This document shows, one piece after another, positions 42,201 through 54,200 of a stretch of 64,000 bases of DNA. A program made the translations under genes and the position numbers. The DNA lies in the NCBI RefSeq assembly GCF_964355755.1, contig NC_092672.1, positions 33,734,437 through 33,798,436 of the forward strand. Reading direction: 5' to 3'. This DNA comes from Antedon mediterranea (Eukaryota > Animalia > Echinodermata). Below the pieces are notes generated by a model. It saw only the letters and a program-made list of their open reading frames with translations. It searched no databases and was not told where the DNA came from. Positions within the stretch are counted from its first letter, which is position 1. The number at the start of each line of letters is the position of its first letter.

Positions 42201-45200
42201 TGAATTTTGTTCCCCTTTATCCCAAAAATGTATTTTAATTATTTGGATAAATTTAAATAAATAGGTCATATTGAAACCTTTCAAAACAAGAAATGTCCGT
42301 CCACGTTTAAATCTGTAATTACCATGCTATGCACCATGCACGATGTTCCTGTGCTATATTAAAATCAGGATTGTTCACAACTGTACTACTGACCCATACC
42401 GCCTTCAAATGTCATAAACATTTAAAGAGTTTGATAATATAAACCCCACTGCTTTCACTAGTTAGATTTCATTAGAACACGAGGTTATTGAACATTAGAG
42501 TAATGTTTCCGTTTAAATAATTGCATATTTTCCCATAGGTGGGTTTATAATTGAGCCGGTTGTTGGAATTAAGATGTAAATATATTTCATATGTTAGTTT
42601 TATTTAATTCAGATTTTTGTAACTTGTTTCTTTTTCCAGTTTTTGACTAGAATGTATTTTTTGTTATTTTTCATGTTTGATTTATGTATTAATACTTATG
42701 TGAATATTCTTATGTGCTTCTAATCTGTCGACAATTGTCAAAAAAAAAATGATCTCTGTGTTTGTGGAACTAGGTACGCAATGATAACATTATTAACATT
42801 CCAACATCTGTCTAGAGCACCGAATCCATGCTTTTATCAGTACAGAAATTACCTTAACATTTCTTTCCCATCTGTCACTCCCTCTACCTTTTCAACCCTA
42901 AACCAACGTGAGAAGGCTTGAGTTCAGTGGCCGTATTCACCATTTTCACATGACTTCGGCTAAGGGAAAAACTTTCCCTTAAAAGTAAGAAAATCTTCTA
43001 TCTACGGTAAGTCGATACAATTTAAGGTAAATATTTATTAAGTTAAGTGAAATAAATTAATATTTAAGGGAAATATCTCACTTAAGTATGATTGGTGAAT
43101 ACGGCCACTGTCTCACTTTCCTTGTTTGGCAAATCATTGCACTCAATGCCTCATACTACGGATTGGAAGTTGTTGATCCTACATGCATATATAAACTATA
43201 CTATACAGAACTTGAAAAAGCAGGTGATAGTCCCTCATTTTGCTAAATATGGTAGGATGCACTTTTATTTGGCTTGTTTGGATCTGATTGTCCACAATTC
43301 CCAAATCCAATTGACGACCATTATATATACATTTAAATAAAAAAATAAATAAAATTCGAGAGAAATTCATTTTAAATGTAACACAAGTAAAAGTGGTATT
43401 ATAAACAAAATCACTCAACCACTGAAAGATTGAATAATTCTTTGCATTGAGTATTTAAAAATGTTTAGTAACCAAAAACTTGAAAAAAAACTTACCATTT
43501 ATCAATCTAAATAATATCCACAAGTATAAAGAAAGTCTTTCACAGTTTTACTAATTTTCAGAAATATTATACTTTGCAATTTATTTTGTTTGTTGGTTCC
43601 CTGTCAACCAGGTATCATCTATCTAATTGGTCAATTTGGCACTGACTGATCTGATTGGCTGTCAAACTTTCTAAGGTCATGCATATGCATTATCTTATTT
43701 GGGTTATTCCATTTTAGGAGAATTATTTCAGGAAGTGGAGGTATCAACTTTTAAGGAGGTTTTGAACACTTTTTTTAGCAGATTAACTAAAGTTAAAACA
43801 TGTTATTTTCCTAATTAAAATTAAATATAATATCATGCACACACCATGGAGAAATATAACTTATTTCTCCATGCACACACTAATGTAATTATAGTTATCC
43901 TAGATTGGAATTAAAGATACAGTACAGTACCTTGGATTTCAATTAAAGCTACCCTGGATTTGAATTAAAGCTACCCTGGATGTTAATTAGTATTATGTTG
44001 GATTGTTATGTATACCTGGTTTAGAAAATGCTAATCTTTTATAATCTATAGACATCTCTTGAATGTATTTGTAGAGATTTGTTTGATATTTTACCTTAAT
44101 TATAGTATTCATGTTTTCTACAGAGGATGTCATGACATTTCTGGCGACATAAAGTTGCTTCCGCTCAGACAACATTTTTCCAGAACCATGTTTAGTTGCA
44201 TCAACCAGTAGACTGTATCAACCTCTATTATAATTACCCTGGATTTTAATTAAAGCTACCCTAGATGTGATATGGCTGCAATTTTAAATCCTTTGAATTT
44301 GATGAAGCAACAGTTTATTGCTCAACACTATGTAGTAATTTGTAACACAAGTTCCAAGATCAATTGTACAAGTTAGTTAGTTAGATAGCTAAGATTTATT
44401 TTCAGATATAATGTTATGTACTCAAATCTACTTGACAAAGTGAAAGAAATCAATTTTATTCACTTTAAAAGTGGCATCTTAATTATTTTCAAATAATTAT
44501 TATTATCAAAAACATAAATATAGTGTCAGATTGTTTTGAAAAGTAAAGTAAATGCTCAGATGTTTGCTCACTGGCTCATATTCACAGTAAATATATTGTT
44601 ACAAACAACAAAATTCTTTTCTTTTTTTTATTACAGTATGAATAAAAAAAAAATTATATATAATAAGAAGTGATAGTGCATTTATCTATACTGATTTGGT
44701 ATTAAAACAACCTGAATGTTCATGGGAAGGTTTGAAAAAGTTTAAAACCGCTCTTGTGGACACCTCATAGGCTGTACACTAATGTAACCTATATTATATT
44801 GCCTTTGACTAAGGGCGTGCACCAACCAGTCCCCAGTGTTGATACAACTTAAACTAGGAAACAGGATGCATAAAAAATGGGGTATAAAACCTGAATAGTC
44901 CTGGGAAGGTTTAAAATATTGCCTAGCAAAACTAGGGGCACGCACCACCTATAACGTCCATGTGTTTCTATAACTAGCATATCAAATTTACCAAACAAAT
45001 ACTAGCTTGTACCCATTCATTGTGATAAAACCATGAAACATGATGCATCAAATAATGGGGTATAAATAAAAACGACCTGAATGGTCCTTGGAAGGTTTTA
45101 AAACTACATTTGAAAACTGGCATGTTGGACCCCTCATAAATTGTACACTATTGTAACTTCTGCTTCTTCTACTGTAACTCCGCCTAGCAAAACTATGGAG

Positions 45201-48200
45201 TTTACACATACCAGGGTGCGCACCAATGTTAATAAAACTAGCATATTGAATACCAAACAAATACCCATTCATTCAGTGATTGAACCAGGAAACATGATGC
45301 ATCAAAACTGATATAAAGCACAGATCTACGAGGAAGACATTAACCCTTAATTTTAATTAACATAGCATGAACATTTAATATTTATATAAGCATGGCGACA
45401 GTAGTTCATTCCCTAGCTTATACATTATTATTATTTTTATTAAGATAGATAAAACCAAGGTCATTATGTCAGTTCACTCACACATTTCTGTAGCTAGGTA
45501 GTTGACATCTTTGAGGTCAATCTGATAATTATTAGATACAGATAACGAATAATTTATTTATTTCTCCGTATCCTGTTCAATTTCTTCATAAATCAAATTT
45601 ATTTTTAAATGGATTGTAGCTTGAAGTTTTCTCAATTTTAACAGAAAACACAATATTATTTTTTTTGTATTTTTAATGCAAAAATAATCCCTATAAAATT
45701 AATAAAAATGTATCTCCATAAACTATACTTTCTTGAGGTTCCCACATCTGAAAGGTTTCCAATTCTTTTTTACCGTTAAAAACACATTATGAATACCAGA
45801 CCTTCCAGAAAACAAGACATAGGCCAGCCCAAAGGTGTTGGTTATTGGGAGAGTTGACTGTATTAAATGGACATCGACACCTCTCTCCCAACCGTACTAA
45901 ATTTGGACAGTTGTGAACTAGTACATGCAGTCACAATCTATAAAGCAGTCTAAAATAATTTGAATGTATAACAGTTGTTTTAGCAATAGCACAAGTTCTC
46001 CTTCGAGAAATTGTGTAAATCGTGTACATTTATTGAGTTAAGTTTTAATTTCCTTGGTTTTGTATAACAATGTACCTCTAAATCCCTAGGGTTACTCTCC
46101 CTTAATACCATTTGTCTTAGTCGATCTGTTCACAACTTTTGGTTTTTTCAATAATCTAGGTCATATAATATTGTACACAATTTTATTTCTAATGTCTTTG
46201 TCATTGAGGGCTCTCTTCACATTTTACAGGCAAACTTTACTCTTGATGGTTTTAAATTTAGGTTTTTATATTTAGGTTTTAAATTTAGGCAAAGTGTGTC
46301 TCTATGATAGCCAATAAAGATGGTTGTTTCATGCAAATGTATGCTAATTTTTGTGCACACTTTTTATTAAAATACTGTTTTATATTTGTTATGTGTTAAT
46401 ATTCTATACCAAACTCTCTATCATTGCTTTAGTACTGAAAGTGTTGTTTAGAAGGAATGAATATTTTATCCCTAAAGCTCTGTCTACACAATCAATCTAG
46501 GTTGACAAAAAAAGTTCCCAAATATGGTAGTGATATACACAAATATGGTAGTGATATAACATCATCATGTTCATATATGGGCACATCACATTTTGTTTTC
46601 ATTGTTATTTTAGGTAATACCTCAGTTGATTGCTCGTATTGACACCCCACGACAACTGGTAGGGCGACTAATTCATGACCTGCTGACTGACATTGGCAAA
46701 CAGCACCCTCAAGTAAGAACACAATTTGTAACTTTCAATATAGAAAAGTGTTTTTTACAGGATGGATACAAACCTGGCACTAGGTCAGGATTAAACCCTG
46801 TACCCTGGGATTTGAAGGCAAGCCTGTTAACCACCTTGAAGCTACATCTCTACTCCTTGATAGTTGACCATCAATTTCAAGCTTCAACTATGTTTTTCTC
46901 TAGGCTTTGATTTACCCATTGACAGTGGCTTCTAAGTCTACGAGCCAGGCCCGTCATTCTGCAGCCGATAAGATTCTGAAGAACATGTGCGAACACAGCA
47001 GCACATTGGTCCATCAGGCTGTCATGGTATGTATGCTACATTCTTCAAATTTTGCAGTTTTCCATTTAACAATCAACATTTTTTGTATTTAACTTATATT
47101 TGTCATTGCAACATAATTTCTTGGTTACCCGGTTCTACTTACATTTTTACATTACAGTTTTTTCTGGAAATAAATAAATTATTTAATTTAAAATAAATTA
47201 GAAAATAAAATGTTCATAAATTGTTTTCTTGCTTTCAAATGAAAAATTGTTCTTATATAGCTTTTGTAGAAATTATACATGGTGGCTTGTTGAATGTAGG
47301 CCTACTATAGTACTAGGTATGTTTAAAAAGATTATGTATGATACGATTCATGTTTTAATAGGTGAGCGAGGAGCTGATTAGAGTAGCTATTCTTTGGCAT
47401 GAGCTGTGGCATGAGGGCCTAGAAGAAGCTTCCCGTCTTTACTTCGGTGAGCGTAGCGTCAAAGGAATGTTCGGCGTCTTGGAACCGTTACATGCAATGA
47501 TTGAGAGAGGCCCGCAAACTATGAAAGAAACTTCTTTTAACCAAGTAAGTGATATTCAGTTTTTGTTCGTTCAAAATTATAAAAAAAAACAAATTTACAG
47601 ATATATATTTCTGGAGAAATAAAAAGAAAAGAAAAAATTGTTACTGTTATTCTTGGGTTTGGTTTTGTACAACAAATATAAATTTTTCTTTTTTAAAAAA
47701 TGAAGTACAATTACATTAAAAATTTTATTACAAAAACTGATTTATATTTTATCTCTTTTCTAGGCCTATGGTCGAGATCTTATGGAGGCGCAAGACTGGT
47801 GCCGTAAGTACACTCGTTCACGTAATGTGAAGGACCTGACACAGGCCTGGGATCTCTACTACCATGTCTTCCGAAGGATCTCAAAACAGCTTCCACAGGT
47901 CAGCTTTGCGTATTCTCTTTGACTTTGATTTTTTTTTTTTATTTAATTAAACAATGCCTTCTTATTATCTCTAATATACCCTATCTTCTTTATAGATGAC
48001 ACAATTGGAGTTGCAATACGTATCGCCGAAGCTTCTGATGTGTCGCCACCTGGAGTTGGCCGTACCTGGAACATACGATCCGAATCAGCCTATCATTCAA
48101 ATCGAACGTGTCCAGTCGTCGCTTCAAGTTATCACATCCAAACAGCGACCTCGCAAACTCAGTATTTTTGGTAAATGCAGCATTTTTCGTCTTAAATTTA

Positions 48201-51200
48201 GGTGAATTTGTCTTGTCTGTTAAACAGTGTACTATATACAGTCAACTCTCCCAATACCGGACACCTTTGGGCCGGCCAAATAAGTCTGGTTTTCCGGAAA
48301 GTCTGGTATTCGGAATGTGTTTTTAATGGTAAATATAAATTTGGAACCTTTTGGTCCTCAAAAAAAGTCTGGTATTTGGAGAGTTTCTGGTTTTCAGAGA
48401 GAGTTGAGAGTTGACTGTGCATAATTTTATCTGATTAATACCTAATTTGTCTTCTTTTAGGGAGTAATGGTATGGAGTACATGTTCTTACTGAAGGGACA
48501 TGAAGATCTACGTCAGGATGAGAGAGTAATGCAGCTGTTTGGATTGGTCAACACGCTACTAGCAAATAACCCAGATACGTTTAGAAGACATTTAGAGTAA
48601 GTCTCCAAAAAAGTAACATCTTAAGTTGTCAAAAGTATTTTAGATTTACTTTCTTACTTTAGTTGACATTTTTCTTTCTTTTTTCTTGTGTACAGTATTC
48701 AGCGATACTCTATCATCCCGTTATCAACAAACTCCGGTTTGATTGGATGGGTTCCGCATTGCGATACGCTTCACGCCCTCATCAGAGACTACAGAGATAA
48801 GAAGAAAATACTGCTGAACATAGAACATAGGATAATGCTTAGGGTGAGTATTACAAAAACGATTGTTGCTTTTCCCCATCTCATGGATTTTTTTATGTCA
48901 TTAAAACTGCTATATAAATCCAGGATATTATTTTGTATGACTTTAATCCACTTATTGTTATGATATGTAGATGGCACCAGACTATGAGCACCTAACCTTG
49001 ATGCAGAAGGTAGAGGTGTTCGAGCATGCATTGGAGCACACCCAGGGAGATGACTTAGCCAAGCTGCTTTGGCTTAAGAGTCCAAGTTCTGAGGTATGGC
49101 ATCCATTTTAGATTGTACAAAATTAAAGTGTGTTTAGAAATGTCTACTACAGTATAAACATTTGATTGGTTGGGAAACAATAATCAAGTATTGTGGTACA
49201 AATTGCAGTATATTATGAAAAAATAGAGGTAATTGCTATAAGAAATTTACTCATGCATGCAATTTTAGAGGTCAAGATGTTAGAGGTCATATCTTAAAAA
49301 GTTTAACTCCAGATTACTTTTTGTTTAGGTTTGGTTTGATCGACGGACCAACTACACACGATCCTTAGCTGTCATGTCAATGGTTGGGTACATCCTGGGT
49401 CTTGGAGACAGGTAAGCATTTCATTTAAAATAAAAATATTAATTATATCCGTTTTAATTAGCTGAGCAGTTTAGAGCAGTGGTAATTATGTATGTATGTA
49501 TGTAATGTAATTATAGGGTAATGCGTTTAAAATGGATATGAAAGGATTTTAAAATTTCACAAAAAAGACTTTGTATGAATCCTTTTAATGTTAATAAACA
49601 GCACACAAAAAATTAGATTCAAATACCTAGTAGAAATTGAGAAATAAACAAATTAAATTTTGGTATAAAACGTCCGCAAAATGGCCGACCAACTGGCACG
49701 CCATCTTAATTTTTATGAACGTTCTATACGCACGTACGAGATCGTCAAATTTAGAGTTTGAAACACCCGGGGTTGTAGCCACGGCAGCAGTCGTTTTGTG
49801 ATTGGTTAATGAATTTTAATACAGTCCAATCACCGCCTTGTCTCGTTCGCGGACTGTGTGGTGTAAACAAAATAAACAAACCCATGCTACACGAGACTCG
49901 CGTGTTGCAAGCTCCCTGTTGCTGCAGTCGTAGAAAATATCGATATTTCACAAATCAATAAAAAGTTATGTCTGCAAAGATTGTACGTGAAAAGAAGAAA
50001 GTGTGTATTTGTACTTCTCACACTAAACCACTCACGCAGACTACAAATTAGGCTAGGTCTAGTAGACTATAGTTTCTTCTAAATTCGCTAGTAGTAGGCT
50101 AGGCCTACACACATGGAGTTACTCCATGGCCTACAGTACAAGAGAGTAGCAGTCGCCGGTCCACCGACGAACCTCCAGGAAGTGGACAAGGCGCGGGCGT
50201 AGACGTATGTAAAAGGCGACGTAAATAAAAAAGGTAAGCTTGTGTTGAACTTGTTTTTGGCTCGGACTTTTGTTATTGACTAATATAGTAATATAATAAT
50301 ACTAATAATTAAAGTAGAGCAGAGGAGGTGAGGCCGAGAGGATTATTATAGTTTAGTTAGTAACTGTAGTGTAATTAAATAATAACCTCTTTCTGTTTGT
50401 TACCAAGTCATAAAATATAATAATACTATAGGGCCTAGAGGTAGGATTGAATAAAAATAATAGTACATTTCCATCCATTTATTGGTCTTATCTTTGCAGA
50501 TTTATGGAATCAACAGTACATGAGATGGCTTTGAAGAACTGTAATAGTACTAGTAATAAAATTGTAAACATCAAATTATATGGCAGAAATAGTGTGTGGA
50601 ATGAATTTTATTGAACAAATGTATCATAATGAGTTTGGAACAAGCAGGATTTTTCAAACAGGACATAAATTACTTTTGAGACCTGAGTGATACATTTTAA
50701 TTCTATCAACACCAGCCAGCTCCATCATATTCAAGAGATGGATTCTTTCATAAATGTCCATTGTACATAGTATTTGGCTAAATAAATAAAAAAAGAAGTA
50801 CAGTAGTGGTTTATTTGTTTATATTTGTTTTTATTTGTTTTTTGTTTGTTTTATCTTTATACTGGGTGACCTCTTCAGTCAAAGACTGATCTCCCAGAGG
50901 GCCCAGTTGGTGATCAGTGGCTGTGATGTACTAATACACCGGGGTAACCCCCTACTCATCTCGAAGATGTACTAGGTTCTTTAAAGTGCACACGAGCAAG
51001 TTGTGTACACTGGACCTACGGTTTATAGTCCTTATCCGAGAAGACTCGTTCTACCACCAGAACCACGGAGTGAGTGAGCCTCGAACCCCTGCCGATGTTA
51101 TGGCTACGTGATTACGGTTCCACTGTCTTAACCGCTCGGCCACTCACACCCAGACCCATTTAGATGGTTAAAAACAAACACTATATGATGCACTGCTACT

Positions 51201-54200
51201 AGTGTACTGTCTGGTAGTACATTACCATAGTTACAGTATGACTGTAACCCTAGCACTCGCGTCTAAAGAATTCTATTATGCATATTTTACTATTCTTCAT
51301 AAATATTTAGTTCTGTAATTTTAATTGTCTGCGCTCATTCTATACTTGGTGTCTTAGTATACTGCATGAATGTATCGTGCAAGCATGATCCAAGTAGCAT
51401 CTATTATAAAGTACTCTGGGTATCTTTCTATTCACCTGAAAAAAGGAAAATGAATAAGCACATGTTTATCTGCCCTCAAAACAAAATAATAATTTAGTAT
51501 AATGTATTATGTAGGTTTGATCAACAGTTTAAAATAGCAATGCTCAGTATCTGTTACCTTAATATTATAATTTTACTCTAACATTTGCGCTTCCATTCCA
51601 ATCAATAAATACATTTGCTTATCCCGTCCATCAATTATCATAATTGCACTCCAATTATAGACCTGTAGGTAGGTAAAAATACAAATGAATTGTTTATTTA
51701 CTGTATACTGTACTGTATATTGTACTGTATATGATACTAGCTGAAATACCCTAACTAGGCCTGGCCTGTTATAACCTTTATTACTACATTAGAGAAAATC
51801 CAACTCTATTCATTTTATTGGGAATCATAATATTTAGTATTCAGTGTTGCCTAGCCTACTAGCTAGTAGGGCGGCATGTAATAACAAACAAATATTTTAA
51901 TAATACGTTAGTCAGGACACTACAGCACACAACAATATTAATAAACGTACTTATAAATAATGTGTATATACATAATACAGTAACACAATTGTGCCTACCA
52001 TTAACACCCTCAACGATACATCAAGGAGCATACGCTCTCAGCTCACCTCTCTGGCCGGGCGGCGATTTTTTTTTTCGTACATAAGTTGGGGAACCCCTCA
52101 TGAAACGTCACAAAATAAACATGAATAATTCATCAGTTAAATTTTCTTGTTCCGTGTGCACCCAAGCGTATATCAACAAGAAGTGATTACACAAGTGCGG
52201 TACGATTCTAGGCCTATCTCCGCTGTTGTTGCGGCGTGCGATTTCATAGAAGAATAGCGGCGTTTTGTGTGGATTGTCGAAATAATCAGCCTTTAGTTTA
52301 TGGTGTTTTTAATATATTTTATTACTAAAGAATTACGTGTTAAAATTATAGTTTCTATTAATACTATTAGGCCTAATTATTAGTCTCTAAACCCATGTCT
52401 ATTCTAGTAGTAGCTGTGTGGGTGTGTGTGACGTGTGTGTGTTAGGTATGACCAAAGATTGACACAATCCGAGTAATAAGTCAGCAAAATTAAACAATAA
52501 ACATTACACAAAAATACATTTTTAATTCTCGTGGGTCAAATCTTCCCATCTCATGTGTTCATATACGCGCATTTTTAAAGTTCCTTTGAGTACATGCATA
52601 TTGTTTGATAATAAAATAGCAGAATTAAAAAAATACAGTACACAAATTATACACATTCTTTATTCTTGTGGGTCTAAGCTTTCTTTGGGCTATGTCCAAT
52701 GAATTACTACTTAGTTTAATGTCTTGCCTAGCTGTCGATTAGCCTGACTCGACACATTTTGTGTGAAGAGTGCGCGAAGGCAATCACGTGAATTGACTTA
52801 GAATCCTAGGCCTACTGTAGAAAGTATCGTATCGCAGTTGTGTATAATCATGGATTAAAGAATAGAAGGATATGCATCGACGTGAGATCAAGGGTTCCTT
52901 GACTCTCGCCGACAGACCGCGGACCGCCCACAATGTTACAGTTTAATTAACCGCATGGTAACAACGAAACGGTCGCGTGCCTAATATATTGTTTACTGCA
53001 CATGTGCAACGACATTTAACCTTGTTGGCTACTACGCTTCTTTCGCGCGTTCTTTGGTGGCATGATGTTTGTAGATGGTCAACTATTGACTATGTTGGTT
53101 TCTGCCGCGATTGATCTACGCTAATGATTTTTTTATGATGATTAAAGTAGCATTTTATGACCTGTAGTAGCCCTACATCTGAGACAATAACTATTAGTTG
53201 TCTCATTTGTTGTAAAATTACAAAATCAGCAAGAATGCTAGCCTAGCTAGGCCCAGGCCTTGTACTAACTAGGCTAAACTGGGCTAGTAAACCCTATGAT
53301 TTGCCGACATTGATACTGCCTAGGTAGGCCTAGGCTAATCTTAAATACTCACCGTTGTCTTACTTCTTGTGTGAATAATAATAATAGGTAGGCCTACTTC
53401 GTTTGTTCGTGATCAAGTTTGCCCTGCGTGTACTTTTCAAAACGACCGCTAGGTAACGAATCGCAACTATACATAGCCAGCCAATCCCGGATCAGGGATC
53501 GCTGTTTTCATTCAATTAGGCCCGGTGATTGGATGTGATGTGGATGACATAACCACTAGCCAATCACCAGGCACTACAGTTTAAATATAATCACATCGAT
53601 AATTAAGGAGATTTATGAAGAAACCACTGCTTAGCCATATATTAAAAAACACGATTGTTGTATGTCTGAACACCGGCCACGCTAACAACATACATGGTCA
53701 AATGCATAATTTAATATTCTATAGATTAACGCAATTTTTAATGACAGAAGATGGCAGGCAAATAATGATAATTCAAATATAAAAATGGCATATTTTATTA
53801 ATATTACCAACTACCTAAAATTACCAGTCGTAAGAAAGTGAACTTTTCGTAGTCCGATTGTGATGAAACTAAAACAGAATTATTCAGCAATATATGTTTG
53901 TTATCAATTAATCATCGACGCAGACATGTCAATAGAACATTCAGACTGCGCATACGATTTCTACATGGTTACGTTTTGGTCTAAAAAAATGTAACAGTTG
54001 ATTCGCAGCGTTTTACAGAGGGCCGCGGTTAGAGACACGGAGTTCAATGAACGTGTTTGTTTGATTGGCAGCAGTGCTTTAGTATAGGCAAGCGCGTTGT
54101 AAAATCGTTTGATGTCACCGTCGATGCATATCCTTCTATTCTTTAATCCATGGTATAATCACTTCTTGTTGCTATACGCTTGGGTGCACACGGAACAACA

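Noticed and set aside
48565-48596. Thr at the position of the human S2215 activating hotspot
   Set aside because: PDTFRR is, to my knowledge, also found in other invertebrate TORs, so it is unremarkable.
51250-51670. Kolobok transposase/KolX exon remnants on the minus strand
   Set aside because: Acceptor-like sites are present, but the translations are stop-ridden and match no motif I recognise.
52190-52842. Separate CAC...GTG element with a TA TSD
   Set aside because: The apparent termini are the inner parts of the MULE TIRs. The 7-bp TSD shows the real insertion is 52849-54152.
53075-53105. THAP N-terminus remnant (atggtcaactattg..., MVNY) in the P-like element
   Set aside because: Too short and interrupted to support.
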